Source of the DNA: Isurus oxyrinchus
Lineage: Eukaryota
Assembly: GCA_026770705.1 (NCBI GenBank)
Contig: JANJGN010000009.1
Span: forward strand, 116,622,001-116,686,000
Length of the DNA: 64,000 nucleotides
Direction of reading: 5' to 3'
Shown here: piece by piece, positions 1 to 11,790 of the stretch
Position numbering within the stretch: position 1 is the first letter of the stretch
Layout: every line of letters starts with the position of its first letter
The notes under the pieces: generated by a model
Told to the model about the DNA's origin: nothing
The model's input: only the letters and a program-made list of their open reading frames with translations
Databases searched by the model: none
Translations under genes and position numbers: made by a program

Positions 1-679
1 TTGAAATGGGTTGTATCTCCTGCTGACTTCCAGGTCACTACAAAAATCTACATTTTCATTGCTGGTCCAGGCATCTGCAGGCCCCACTAGTGTTTTCTGA
101 GACCAATAACCCTCATGCTGCTTGACGTATTTGCCTTCTACATATGTATGAACTGCCATTGTAGGAGTCCTTGTTCACAACCTTATCCCAACATCATCAG
201 TGGCCCATGCCTCCCTCAGAAAAAAAATGACCACTAAAAATTCAATTTAAGGCCAGAACTTGGAATATCGAGTTCTGGTTGAGCTCCAGACTTTGAGTGA
301 GTCTGACCCCTTTATACTTTATTTTTGCAGAACTTTACAGGTACCTCCTGTCACTATCAGAGCTACTTAAAGTGACAAATTGTTCTCTCTGTTTTTGGGG
401 AACAGATTTACGTCTTTAATCCCTCAGCTAGCAATATTGTAGTAGGTTACCCACCACATGTGCTAAATAATTATTTTTTAAACTGGGTGAGCAACATTCT
501 TACACAAACTGGCACTTGTGTACTTCTACAAGTGATCTGTTCCAAATGACAAGTCTCAACATAGATTCAGCACAAATTAATGATTTAATTGAGTGCGATA
601 ACTTACTGTGCTGATCACTGTGCACTGTTAAAGATAGACAGCGCATTCTCATTAAAAAACCATTTGCACTCAGACACAA

Positions 680-1140
680 GGCTGACTGAGTCATCAGGAC
701 TAGGTATGGTAATTGTTGCATATTGGAAGCATCATGACAGCTTCCCGGGTTTTGGTCATCCACATGTAGGATATTTAGAGGTGGCTGACATCACAAACAA
801 ATTACACATTAATCCTTGGAGGGGGTTGTCATCTGGGGCTTTGACTACCACATGTACGTCTGTGGGAACCCTGCCAAGTTGCAGAATTAGACAGCGCTCT
901 CAATTTGTTTTTGTTTCTCAGGTAGAAGGGTACGAATTGTGTAACCCTCCTGATGAGTACATCAGTCATCTTCTTCATTCAGTTTGAGCTGTTGTCTGAC
1001 CAATGTGGCAAAGGCCACCAGATGCTGCCTGGAAGGGTCCAGATGCAAAAGAATTCAAGGTTTTGGTGGCTTAGCCAGGTAGAGATAATGCTGTCCTCCT
1101 GGTGGAAGCAGCTGGTACGGGCTGTAGCAGAGTAAATGGC
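680..1140 (-). pseudogene. Decayed PIF/Harbinger (HARBI1-like, DDE_Tnp_4) transposase
   Basis: Manual minus-strand translation across frameshifts gives the family motifs in order: LNSFASGPFQ (1029-1058), MTDVLIRR, FCNLAGFP (~864-887), VHVVVKAP (835-857), INV*FVCD (790-813), PGSCHDA (729-749). Stops and deletions are present; the first catalytic IDGTH and the NRKG segments are largely deleted. Confidence 0.75.
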
Positions 1141-1359
1141 CACCTTAAAGCAGTATCTGCCTCAGGGATACCTACCTTGCTGCAGCCCATCTTACCTATT
1201 ATATCGCAGAAGTAAATTCGGTTCGGGTTTTGGGAAGAGGTGGGGAAAACTGGAGTGAGGTTCTTAAACATGTTCACTTGACTCTCTAAATATGATCTGC
1301 TGTCCTACCAGCTGGTGTTCAATGTAATTGGTGTTACTTCTCAAGGAGAATTCTAGTGC

Positions 1360-2951
1360 TCTTTTCATCCAGTTTGAAAGAGAGAAGAGCAGGGCTAAAA
1401 CTAGTATCTTAAACTTAAATAAGGGCAACTATGTGGGGATGAAAGCTGAGCTAGCTGAAATGAACTAGGAAACTAGGCTAGAGGAGAAGCAGTGACAGAC
1501 ATTTAAGGGGATATTTCAGAGTATTCAGAATAAGTACATTCCTACGATAAAGAAAAATTCTAAGGAGAGGACCCACCATCTGTGGTTAACTAAAAATGTT
1601 AAGGAAGGCATCAAACTTAAGGAAAAAGCATACAACTCCATAAAGATAAGTGGCAGGACAGATGATTGGACAGAATATAAAGAATGGCAGAGAATGACTA
1701 AAAGGTTAATCAGGAGAAAGAAATTAGAGTATGAGAGGAAGCTAGCTGGAAATGTAAAAATGGATAGCAAGAGTTTCTACAGGCATTTAATCAGGCGCTA
1801 CATCAAAGATTATTATGGAAATAAAAGTGCATGGTGTTGTGGGTAACATTAGCATGGATAGAAGATTGGCTGGCTGGCAGAAAACAGAAAGTATACATAA
1901 ATTGTTTTTTTTCTAATTGGCAGGATGTGACGAGTGGAGTCCCACAGGGGTCTGTCTTGGGGCCTCAACTTTTTATGATTTACATCAATGACTTACTTGA
2001 GGGGAATGAAGACATGGTAGCTAAATTTGCAGATGACACAAAGATAGGAAAGTACGTTGTGAAGGAGACAGGAGGAGGTTGCAGATGGATATAGACAGGT
2101 TGAATGAGTGGGCAAAGATCTGGCAAATGGAGTTTAATGTGGGAAAATGTGAAGTTGTTCACGTTGGCAGGAAGATCAAAAAAGCAGAGCATTTCTTAAA
2201 TGGAGAACAGCTGCATAATTCTGAGGTGTTCTAGTACATGAGTCACAAAAAGTTAGTATGCAGGTACAGCAAGTAATTAAGAAGGCTAATGGAATGCTAT
2301 CCTTTATTATGACAGGGATTGAACATAAAAATAAGGATGTTAAGCTTCAGTTAAACAGGTCATTGGTGAGACCGCACCTCAAATACTGTGTGCAGTTTTG
2401 ATCTCCTTATTTAAGGAAGGATGTAAATGCATCGTAGACCGTTCAAAGCAGGTTTACTAGATTGATACCTAGAATGAGTGGGTTGTCTTATGATGAAAGG
2501 TTGAACAGACAGGGCTTGCTTCCACTGGAGTTTAGAAGACTGAGGGGTGATTTGATTGAAGTATACAAGATCCTGAATGGCCTTGATAAGATGGACGTCA
2601 AAAGGATGTTTCCTCTTGTGGGTCAGTCCAGAACTAGGAGGCACTGTTTTAAAATTAGGAGTTGTCCTTTTAGGACAGAGATGAGGAGAATTTTCTTCTC
2701 TCAGAGGGTTGTGCGACTTTGGAACTCTCTGCATCAGAAGGTGGTGGAGGCGGGTCACTGAATATTTTTAAGGCAATGGTAGATAGATTCTTGTTAGGCA
2801 AGGGAATCAAAGATTATCGGTTGGGGGGGGGTGATAGATGGGAATTTGGAAATTGAAACACAAGCAGATCAGCCATGATCTTATTGAATGGCGGAGCAGG
2901 CTCAAGGGGCTGAATGATCCACTCCTGTTCCTACTTCTTATGTTCTTATGC
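1360..2951 (+). mobile_element. CR1-clade LINE, 5'-truncated and internally deleted
   Basis: RT motifs SGVPQGSVLGPQLF..YINDL..KFADDTK (ORF 1831-2094) and C-terminal RRLRGDLIEVYKIL..FFSQRVVRLWNSL (2462-2761); ends in a (TTCTTATG)n tail. Confidence 0.92.
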
Positions 2952-3356
2952 ATGTTTTCCCACCATCATTGAGGTAGTAGCCAATACCATCCTTTTCATT
3001 CAATTTTTCCCAAAGCCAAGTGAAAACAGTTGGGAGATCATAGGAAAATCCCAGCATCTCCAGCAGTCTAAGGGAGGCAGCATGCAAAGTACGGAGACAA
3101 CCAATCACCCTTACTACAAGTTCTTCTGTGGCAACACAGCAGAAGAGTAAAACTGAAATAGCTTGGACAGACATACATAAATCTGATAAAGTGGACGTTA
3201 CACTATCTTCAGAGGCCGTACACATACTGCATTGCAATGGACTCATGAATGTAGAGGGGGTGGGTTGATCACTGGTGGGTGCCCGGCTGCTACTCCAAAT
3301 TAATTTTATATTGTGTGTGCTTTCAGTGCAAAATGTGGCTTGACAGAAATGAAGAC

Positions 3357-3780
3357 AGAAAGAAAGACTTGCCTTTATATAGTGCTTTTCATGATCTCAG
3401 GATGTCCCAATGCATTTTACAACCAATGAAATATTGCTAAAGTGTATATGGAGGAAATGTGGCAGCCAATTTACACACAGCAAGCTCCCACAAGCAGCAA
3501 TGAGTTAGCGATCAGATAATCTGTTTCACTGAAGTGCTTTGAGGGATGAATATCAGCTAGGACACCAGAAAGAATGCCACTGCTCTTCAAAAACCTCAAT
3601 GGGATGTTTATAAGTCCGCCTGAACGACTTAACACCTCATCTGAAAGAAGATATCTTTGACAGTGCGGTAGTCCCTCAGTACTGCTTTGGGGTGTCAGTC
3701 TACATTGTAGGCCCGAGGCTGTGGCGTGGAACTTAAATCCACAGCATTTGAGTTAGTGCTATCACTGAGCCATTGCTAAC
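3357..3780 (-). mobile_element. SacSINE1/DeuSINE-like tRNA-derived SINE
   Basis: Reverse-complement tail AAAGACTTGCCTTTATATAG, central Deu-like domain (GGCAGCCAATTT..CACAGCAAGCTCCCACAA..CAGATAATCTG), tRNA-like head near 3730-3780. Confidence 0.8.
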
Positions 3781-4659
3781 ACCATTATCATAATCATTTG
3801 ATCATAAGAAACTGCAGCAACCTTCTCGGCGCACACAGCTGTCCAGCTAGTGTATTGGCAATTTTCCTGTTAAATCTGCTTACTCCATTTCTTCATCTGC
3901 TTCCTCAATCTCCTCCTTTGGGGATGATTCACATTGATCATGGTCCCTGCAGCCAGCTGTATGTCTAGAAAATGATGACCGTTATGGTTAACAATCAGGT
4001 TGCGACAAAGGGAAATGTCTAGTAACATCAATTTCTTTGTCCATGTCAACCTTCTCTCCAAAAGTCAGTTAAATGGTTTGATGTTTAAAATTGGCTGCTT
4101 GAAAGGTGATCAGATTGTCTTGTTTAGTGCCTTACTGGGCAAAGGGTGGGAGAAAACAATATTGTATCAGGAGATTGCCAACAGGATGAAGTCAGCCATT
4201 ATAATGTAGAAGAGGGAAATTCTGACCTGAGCTACCCAAAGGATGGCAGCTAATTAATTCCTTAGCCCTTTCTCAAAGGTCACAGGCAAATCTGTCAATC
4301 CAAAACTACCCTAGACTGAGACATGATTCTTTGATCTCTACCAATTTCCCTTTCAAATCAGACTGAGACAAAAAGCTGCTTTTCCTTTATCAATGCTGAA
4401 TAATTAGCCTGTCTTTGGATTGCTGCTGCACACTAAACAGATTGACACTGGCCAATTGGCAACTGCATCCTACTACTGTCCTTAACCTTTTCAATTCATA
4501 CTTGTAAGGACCACTGCAGCCAGCTCATTTTAATCTGAATTTATGTTTATGCTTTTTGGAAATCCTATGTAGACCTCAGTTATTAATCCTCATAAGTAGT
4601 TTCCAGCAATAAAGAATGTGGCAAACATTTACCAAGCAAATAGCCATGTTATCACCCAT

Positions 4660-4748
4660 ACCCTCAACACCACCCACCCACATCCCCGTCACCCCCCCCC
4701 CCCCACCCCCCACCTCCCCACCTACCACACCCCACCCCCCACCCCCCC
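4660..4748. repeat. C-rich low-complexity tract (G-run cluster on minus strand)
   Basis: Many C3-C13 runs separated by single A residues. Confidence 0.8.
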
Positions 4749-5310
4749 AGTTTTTCCTTCTCATGGAAGCCTCAACTACAATGACAGCAGGTTAGGTCAT
4801 TAGGATTAAGTGGAATTAAGTGGGTTTCTTGTGTGGACGGTTTATGCCAACATGAAGTGGTTGGGCTGAACAACTCTTTAATATTTGCTGCTTCTATGTA
4901 CATGTATGTGACAATCACCATCCCAACCCCTGCAGCAGCATAGCCTCACAACAACCCCAACCTCCCTGCCCCCACCCCCCCACCCCACACACACTCTATC
5001 CTTCAGCAGACAGGGCATGCAAAGCTACTTCAATTGAACAAGGTGTGAATTCAAGACTGAACCATACACTTAGTCTGATATAGTCACAGACCACAATGGT
5101 CAATCAATGACCCTGTTTCCTCTCAGGTCACAGAAACAGTTGTCAATTAAACCAACAATCTAGGCAGAGGTGGATTCTTTCATTTGTCCAAGTTGTATGG
5201 GACCACTCCATTGATGCCACATTGAGATAAATGGTTATATTTCTTTGCCAATCTTTGACAAAATACTTCTTAAGTGTGATGGCTAATCGACAATTCCAAT
5301 TTTCTCTTAG

Positions 5311-5477
5311 ATAAAAGCAGATGTTAGAAATCTGAAACAAAAACAGAAAATGCTGGAAAAATTCAGCAGGTCTAATAGCATCTGTGGAGAGAAAAACAGA
5401 GTGAGGAAAACAGTTTTTCTCTCCACAGATGCTGTTAGGCTTGCTATGCTTTTCCAGCTTTTTCTGTTTTTGTTTCA
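5311..5477. mobile_element. Fold-back remnant of a Penelope pseudo-LTR
   Basis: ~65-bp arms (5333-5398 and 5413-5477) are reverse complements and match the pLTR sequence also seen at 16130-16200, 17210-17280 and 32210-32285. Confidence 0.75.
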
Positions 5478-6232
5478 ATTTTTTCTTATCCTTCTCAATT
5501 CACCCTTGTGCACAGCTTCACTGGTACTCAACACGTATTGTCCCTTGAGAAATATCCCATGTGATCCTGGCTTGTGAGCTCTCACACACTGTTTCGAGCA
5601 GCACAAAATACAAGTTAAAAATTCAATACAGACAAAAACGATCCATTCTTGCTTACATCCATCGTGGCTTCACCCCTATTCCTTGGTGTCTATACCTCAT
5701 TCAAGCACCTCACTCTGTACCAACCCTCCAAGCTTTCAGTTAAAATATTCATTGTCATTGAACATAGAGTTGTCTTATGTTGACCTCTCCCACCACTGCC
5801 TTTTCAAGTCCTCTTAGCCCATTATCTACTCTAATTCCTGCACCGATTGATTCTGTACTGGTCAAAGTCATCACTGGTATTTTTCTGTGGCTGTGGAATG
5901 TTATCTCCCCTTGACCTCTTCAACCTTTAAATCAAAGCAAATAAAATCCAGCTTTCTGGCAACATGTTCCCCCTCAACTGACAGAATCAAACCCATTTTC
6001 AAGTCACTCAACTCAGTTGCTCTCTGTGAGACCCTGCTCTGTGCTAAATTGACTGCTGCAAATTAACCTGGGAGACAACGACTTCTTCAATGACATGGAG
6101 GAATGCAAAATTAGAAATGGGGTGATCATTGGAGACTATGTACGGATCAGGAGTAGCTTTGTACAGGAGTGGCACAGCTTGAGCAAATGGAGTCATTAAC
6201 AAAATAATTCCATCTTCTTCCAAGCTTGAATG

Positions 6233-6490
6233 TCAGTTTGGCTCAGTTAGTGGCACTCTCACCTCTGAATCAGCAGTTTGTGATTCAAGTCCATGATCTA
6301 TCTTTGAGGGAGATCTGTGTTGTGTGAGATATCAATCTGAGGTCCCATCCGATTGCTCCTGTAGATGCACTAGGTGATGTCAGACATCACAAAAAGAACA
6401 GAAGTTCTCCCAGTTTTCTGGCTAAATGATGCTCCACAATTAACTGAACCAAAGCACTAAAGTGGTCATTCAATTCACTTGCTTTTTGAA
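6233..6490 (+). mobile_element. Old SacSINE-like SINE relic
   Basis: tRNA-like head TGGCTCAGTTAGTGGCACTCTCACCTCTGA..TTCAAGTCC, then a degenerate body. Confidence 0.55.
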
Positions 6491-6499
6491 AGAAGTGCT

Positions 6500-7100
6500 C
6501 CTCCATCTCTGACCTCATGCGCATCCCCAATTTCCTTTGCTCTACCTTTAGCGACTAAGTTTGCCTAAGCTCTAGAATACTCTCCCTAAATCTCTCCACC
6601 TCTCTTCACTCCTGTGTCAGCCATGGCTCATTTGGTAGCACTCTTGTACCTGAGACACAAGTCCCACTCTGAAGCTTGCACACAGAAATCAAAGCTGACA
6701 CTGCTAGAGGTGTTGTGGCCTTTTGGATGAGGTGTTAAACTGAGGCTCTGCCTGCCCCTCAGCTGGCAGATCCTGTAAAACTCTTTAGAAGAGAAGGAGC
6801 ATTATCCCGTGTCCTGGCCAATATTTATTCCTCAATCAACATCACAATAACAGATTATCTGGTCATTATCATATTGCTATTTGTAGGAATTTGATGTGCA
6901 CAAAATTGGCTGCTGCATTTCTACATAGAATAGTGGCTTCCCTTCAAAAGGACTTTATTAGCTGTAAAGCACTTTGGGACTTCTGATGATCGTGAAAGGC
7001 ACTATATCAATGCAAGTCTTTCTTTCTTTAAGACACTCTTTGAGCCATACCTCTTTTGGCAAAGCTTTTGGTCGCTTGTCCTAACATGTCCTTACGTGGT
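6500..7100 (+). mobile_element. L2-like LINE 3' relic interrupted by a SINE
   Basis: L2-type 3' sequence (CTCCCTAAATCTCTCCACCTCTC ... TTTAAGACACTC..AAGCTTTTGGTC) is split by the SINE at 6614-7028. Confidence 0.55.
6614..7028 (+). mobile_element. SacSINE1/DeuSINE-like SINE, near full length
   Basis: Head GTCAGCCATGGCTCATTTGGTAGCACTC, Deu-like core ACAGATTATCTGGTCATTATC..AAATTGGCTGC, tail AATGCAAGTCTTTCTTTC. Confidence 0.85.
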
Positions 7101-8059
7101 CTCTCCTGCAATTACGTTACTCGGTATAAGCTCAGGTTTCTTCAGCTTTTTTGAACCCTGCTGTTCCACCCCAGGAGCTCACCTCATTGACCAACAGTGG
7201 ATTAAAATATGGGTATGCACTCTTACCTGGTCCTAACCTCAGATTTTGCAAATAGAAAATCCTGAGAATGGTGCTCCTGAATTTTTGATTTGCACTTGCA
7301 GTAGGTGATAACATCACCTCATTACCCTCATCATTAATTGGCTATGGAGCACTTTCGAATGTCCTATGTGGCAACTTCTGCCTTTTTTCCACAATCTCCA
7401 AGGGCTACCTTATGAAACAGCTCTTACATGGCTTCACTTTTGTCCCAACAAGCCCACCCAAGCCCATGATTTTTGCCTCCTGTTCCCACATTGTCACCTC
7501 CAGAGCCCACCAAGGACTCGTACCTGGCTTCTTGCTCTTCTTCAGTTACTTCCTACCACTTACACGGGGTCAGCTCCCATAGACGTGTTCTACAGCCTTA
7601 TTGACATTAAATCATGGACAAATCAGAAATCCCTGATGAAGAATACTCGACTCCTTCCAAAACACTTCTGCCCTTTCACACTGACACCATTGCACCCCTT
7701 GGCTGCTCGATGAGGTTCAACCTGACTGAACAGAAATCTGACATCCTGATCAGCCCTTTTCTGAGCTTCAGATCTGCAGGACCACATATGTTCACCACAA
7801 CATTACCCATCAGCTCCTCTATCTTATCCACATGGCCACCCAAACCCTTACTGATGTTTTTAGCACCATGAGAGTTGATTTCTTAATGCTGGTCTTCCAA
7901 TCTATTCTCCACATAAACTTCAAATTGTCCAAACCTCTGCCACCCATATCCTATCCTACACTGGGTTTTGAATTTCCATCACCCCAACCTGTCGATTTAG
8001 ATTAAGTCCCAGTCCCCAAACATGGGCATAAAATTCAGAATTAGAGTTTCACTCCTTGT

Positions 8060-8720
8060 CCCAAGATGCTTCCCCTTTGCTTCATCCTCACAGTTCCATT
8101 TCCCTCCTCTCCCGTTCCCTGGAATTCCCTTCCCTCCTGCCCCCATTTGTATCCCTGGCTTCTCCTCTCCTTTTGCCCCACCGATTCCTTCCCCTCCCAC
8201 CATCCCACTCCTTGCCCAACTCTTTGGAAGCTTCATATCCTACACCTGGGAGCTCCATCCTCTTGTGCTGCTCAGGATCCCTATTCCTCCTGCCCCATTC
8301 TCTCTGATCTGCCTCCACTCCCAGGTCCTTCTTGTGAATCCCTCAGTTCCCTTGTTCCACTACTTGAGTTTTCTCCACTTCTCAAGGCACCTAATTTCTG
8401 GATTCATCCTACCTGAGATGACTCCACTTGGGAGTTTGTCCCTTTCCTGGGTGAAGCATAGGATCAGGAGCAGGTCATTCAGCCCCCTCGCCTGTTCCCC
8501 TGCTAGATCATGGCGGCTTTGTGGCTCCTTCCCTCACACCCATTGGGTTCTTCCATTCTTGGGACTGTTTCCTCTCTAAGATGCCTCCTCCTTAAGTTTT
8601 GCTTCTCCCTGAGATCCACCTGGAATTCTCTTTCCTTGGGGATTCCCCCATCCTCTAGCCCTGGGGATTCCCTCCCTGGGATTCCCTCTCTTTTCCTCTA
8701 CCCCATTCCCATTGCCCAGC
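8060..8720. repeat. Pyrimidine-rich low-complexity region upstream of the promoter
   Basis: C/T-rich plus strand with recurring CCTGG(G/A)ATTCCC-like words. Confidence 0.6.
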
Positions 8721-8800
8721 TGGAAGCCCCGCCTACTCTGGCCCCGCCCACTGGCTGCTAACCCGGCAGCGTCTGCTCTGGGACAGGAATAGGCCACTTT
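8620..8800 (+). promoter_or_regulatory. Probable FKBP5 promoter: kB-type sites plus two GC boxes at the start of a CpG-rich zone
   Basis: GGGGATTCCCC 8638-8648, GGGGATTCCC 8663-8672, TGGGATTCCC 8677-8686; GCCCCGCCT 8726-8734 and GGCCCCGCCC 8740-8749. CpG density rises from here; ~300 bp upstream of the ATG. Confidence 0.6.
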
Positions 8801-9068
8801 CACCCGCGCCACGCATGCTGGGATAGGGCTGTCTCCATATCTCCCGGAGAGCAGCGCCGGCAGGAGGTAGAGGGAGAGAGAGGGGGGCCAGGCTCGGAGA
8901 TCGATCTCTGCAACTACCAAGTGAATCGACACCAACTTCAATCCCCTAGCGGCTGGCGAGGTGAGCTCCTCATCATTCAAACAGCAGAGGCCAAGAGAGA
9001 GAGAGAGTGTGGGCAGATAGAGGGAATCAGCATCTTGTGGAAGCAGAAAGCGGCCCGGCTATTACTGA

Positions 9069-9179
9069 ATGATGACCACCGGCCAGGAGCAGCAAGGGAC
9101 CGAGAAAGAAGCCCAGGCTGCAGAGCTGGAGAGGGACGCCGAGGATCTGACACCCAACCGGGACAGAGGGGTGCTGAAG
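9069..9179 (+). CDS. FKBP5: First coding exon of FK506-binding protein 5 (FKBP51); partial CDS
   Basis: ATG ATG ACC ACC ... GTG CTG AAG | GTAACA translates as MMTTGQEQQGTEKEAQAAELERDAEDLTPNRDRGVLK. It matches the FKBP5 N-terminus (human MTTDEG...GEDITSKKDRGVLK), with the phase-0 intron after GVLK. MTT and DRGVLK favour FKBP5 over FKBP4 (MTAEE...DEGVLK). Confidence 0.85.
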
Positions 9180-11221
9180 GTAACAAGGGCTGAGATTCCG
9201 AACAGACAGACTTATAGAAGATGATCTAGTGTCGGTCTTTCAGATGGTGTTTGGCTCTAGTTTAAATAACAACATTCATTTAAAAAAAACAGGTTTCACA
9301 GTCCGCCTCAGGTTTTGGCTAGAAATTAAACGAAACAATTTCTGAGCACGGTTTATTCATATCCCAATGTAATTTTACCTCTAATTTAAGAAAGTATTTT
9401 CCTTCAGATATTTAAACAGCGGATAGTGAGGGTGCTTCATAACCACATGGAATGCGTTTGCACACATTTACCGATGCAGCTTTGAGTTGTATCTGATAAA
9501 TTTGCGTTTATAAATCGCCGATCTTTTGTGTTATATGCAATTCACCTGCATTGATGGGAACTAAACCATTCCGCTTTTCACGTCTCGAATCGGCGAGTCA
9601 AATAGAAAGTTGTCGATCAAACTGTTTCTTTTTAGCTCCGTCCTGCATGGTTTCTGGATGACCGTTAATGTTAATTTAAAGCAACATTCACACTCAGGGA
9701 CACATTCCAGCCAATTGCATTGGGGAACCTTCACCAAAGTCTCCGGTGTTTCTGAAGTTAAGAACTACATTTTTAAACGTGAGCTATGGATTTTGGTTCA
9801 ATTCCACTACCTCATGTTTAAAGCTATTATCCGACCCCTTTCCTCATAGTCCGAGCTGTGTGTCACCACTTGGCCGTGGGGTGACAGGAAGTTTTGGACA
9901 CGGGCTTGGTTGTCTGCTCGGGCTTAAAGAGACTAACAGTGAGCGCTCAAAGGTGAAGCCCAGGAGTGTTGGGCTTCAGTGCCGAGTTAGCCCACCTCAC
10001 CTCCAGATACATCACAACTGTTCACACAATCCTGCCCTCCCCTCTCTCCCCGTCTTCACCCTGAGACTGCCCCAGGCTTCCCAGGAGCGGGCAGCCCAGC
10101 CCTTTGAGTGCTGTTCCCAGACCCTTCTGTGCAATCTGGGCTTTCGATAGTAAAGTGAAACTCACACCCCTGGAGGCAGTGGCGATTTAAGATCATAAAG
10201 GACCTCGGTGCATTTTCAGCAGTCAGACCGCTGTCCATGCTAACCAGCCAGCAATCTAGTTAAACCTCAGCCCCAGGCCCCTTTCCGCCTCCCCCAGAGC
10301 TTCCCCAAGTGCTCCGACTGCAACTCTCAAACTCACGGTTTTCTCGCGGAATAGTAAATGCGCAGAGCCAGCGCCTTGAAGTTTAATAGTCCAGCATGGT
10401 GTCAATTCGAATCGGTTGGGGGTGAGGGAATCTGTGTTGACATTCCCAGTGAGAGAGAGCAGAGCTAACGAGTAAAGTGGACGCTAGTCTCAGCTATTGA
10501 ATCTATAGACTTATCCGCTTCCTATTTTGCTGTGGCTGCGGTGTGTAACTGTGAGACTGCTGCTTTTTTGCTGGCTCCCCGTCAATACTCCGGAGATTTT
10601 GTGTCCCATTGGCTTTGTGATACGACTGTGTTGAACATGGTTTTCGGAATAAGGTTCTATCTAGCTGATGGAATCATTCAGCCTATTTCTCCCTTTATAC
10701 TGATGTTAATCTTCAAGGCTGTACTTAATACTATTATTCCAAGATTGTTGATGGCATTAGGTTTATTTTCTAAAAAGAATGTGCGGACATGTTATAAATA
10801 ATTCTGGGTCTGAGAGGATAAACACTGTCTTAATGCCTTGGTGTGTTGGATCTGCTCTTCGTGCAGCAACTGTTGTTACAGAAGTTGGTGTCAGGTCCAG
10901 AGGTTTGTCATTATTTTAAACATTAATTTATTCCTGCATCTTGTACTCAGTTCGAACTATCTCACAGCTTGAGATTGCAACACTCAATAACTCTCCATGG
11001 CTGACAAAGTGAACCTGATCAAGATGGCTTCTGGTTTGTGGGACGTGTGTCCATGTAATTGACCTTCCCTTGTTACTTACTGAGGTTTAGCTATAGCTGT
11101 TCTGGAACAGCCACTCCAAGCAGCTTTTGTTTGGTTTTCAGCTGCTCAATTGCGGTTGAAGTCCTTCTAGACTCGCCTTAAAAGCTGCTGCATTTTCTGC
11201 TTTGGGTACCTTTCAGCAGAA

Positions 11222-11790
11222 GAAAGGAAGAACCTGCATTCATATAGTGCCTACCCTGGCTTCAGGATGTCCCAAAACACTTTATGGCCAACTAAATACA
11301 TTTTGAAGTGTTGATACTGCAATAATGAATAAAACTCAGCAACCAATTTGTGCACAGCAGTCTCCCACAACAGCAATGTGATTAGGCCAGAGAATCTAGT
11401 TTTGGTCTAGACTGTGAGATAAATATCAACTGAGATACTGGGGATTACTTCCCTGCTCTTCACTGAAATGGCGCTGGGACCTCAGTTTAACATCCCATCC
11501 AAAAAGCCCTCTGACAGTGCAGTACTTCCTCAGTACTGACCCTCTGACAGTGCAGCATTCTGTCAGCACTGTCCCTCTGACAGTGCAGCACTTCCTCATT
11601 ACTGACCCTCCGACAGTGCAGCACTTCCTCAGTACTGACCCTCTGACAGTGCAGCACTCCCTCAGTACTGATCCTCTGACAATGCAACACTTGGCCCTGA
11701 TTGTCAGCCTACATTATGTACTCAGTCTGGAGTGGGACATGAAAACCCAAATGTCTGACTCAGAGGCGAATGAGCTACCAAAGCTGACTG
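11222..11790 (-). mobile_element. SacSINE1/DeuSINE-like SINE with an internal tandem expansion
   Basis: Same tail and core as 3357-3780; head near 11730-11790. Confidence 0.8.
11507..11690. repeat. 33-bp SINE-derived minisatellite, about 5.5 copies
   Basis: Unit CCCTCTGACAGTGCAGCACTTCCTCAGTACTGA; a single copy of this segment occurs in the SINE at ~3655-3685. Confidence 0.9.

Noticed and set aside
1-180. Stop-free minus-strand stretch (MAVHTYVEGKYVKQHEGYWSQ..)
   Set aside because: Under 60 codons, cut by the window edge, no recognisable family or splice signals.
8022-8579. 185-aa Pro-rich ORF upstream of the promoter
   Set aside because: Explained by C/T low complexity; no recognisable domain.
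8921-9193. 90-aa ORF overlapping the FKBP5 exon
   Set aside because: GTG start and a different frame from the FKBP5-matching reading.
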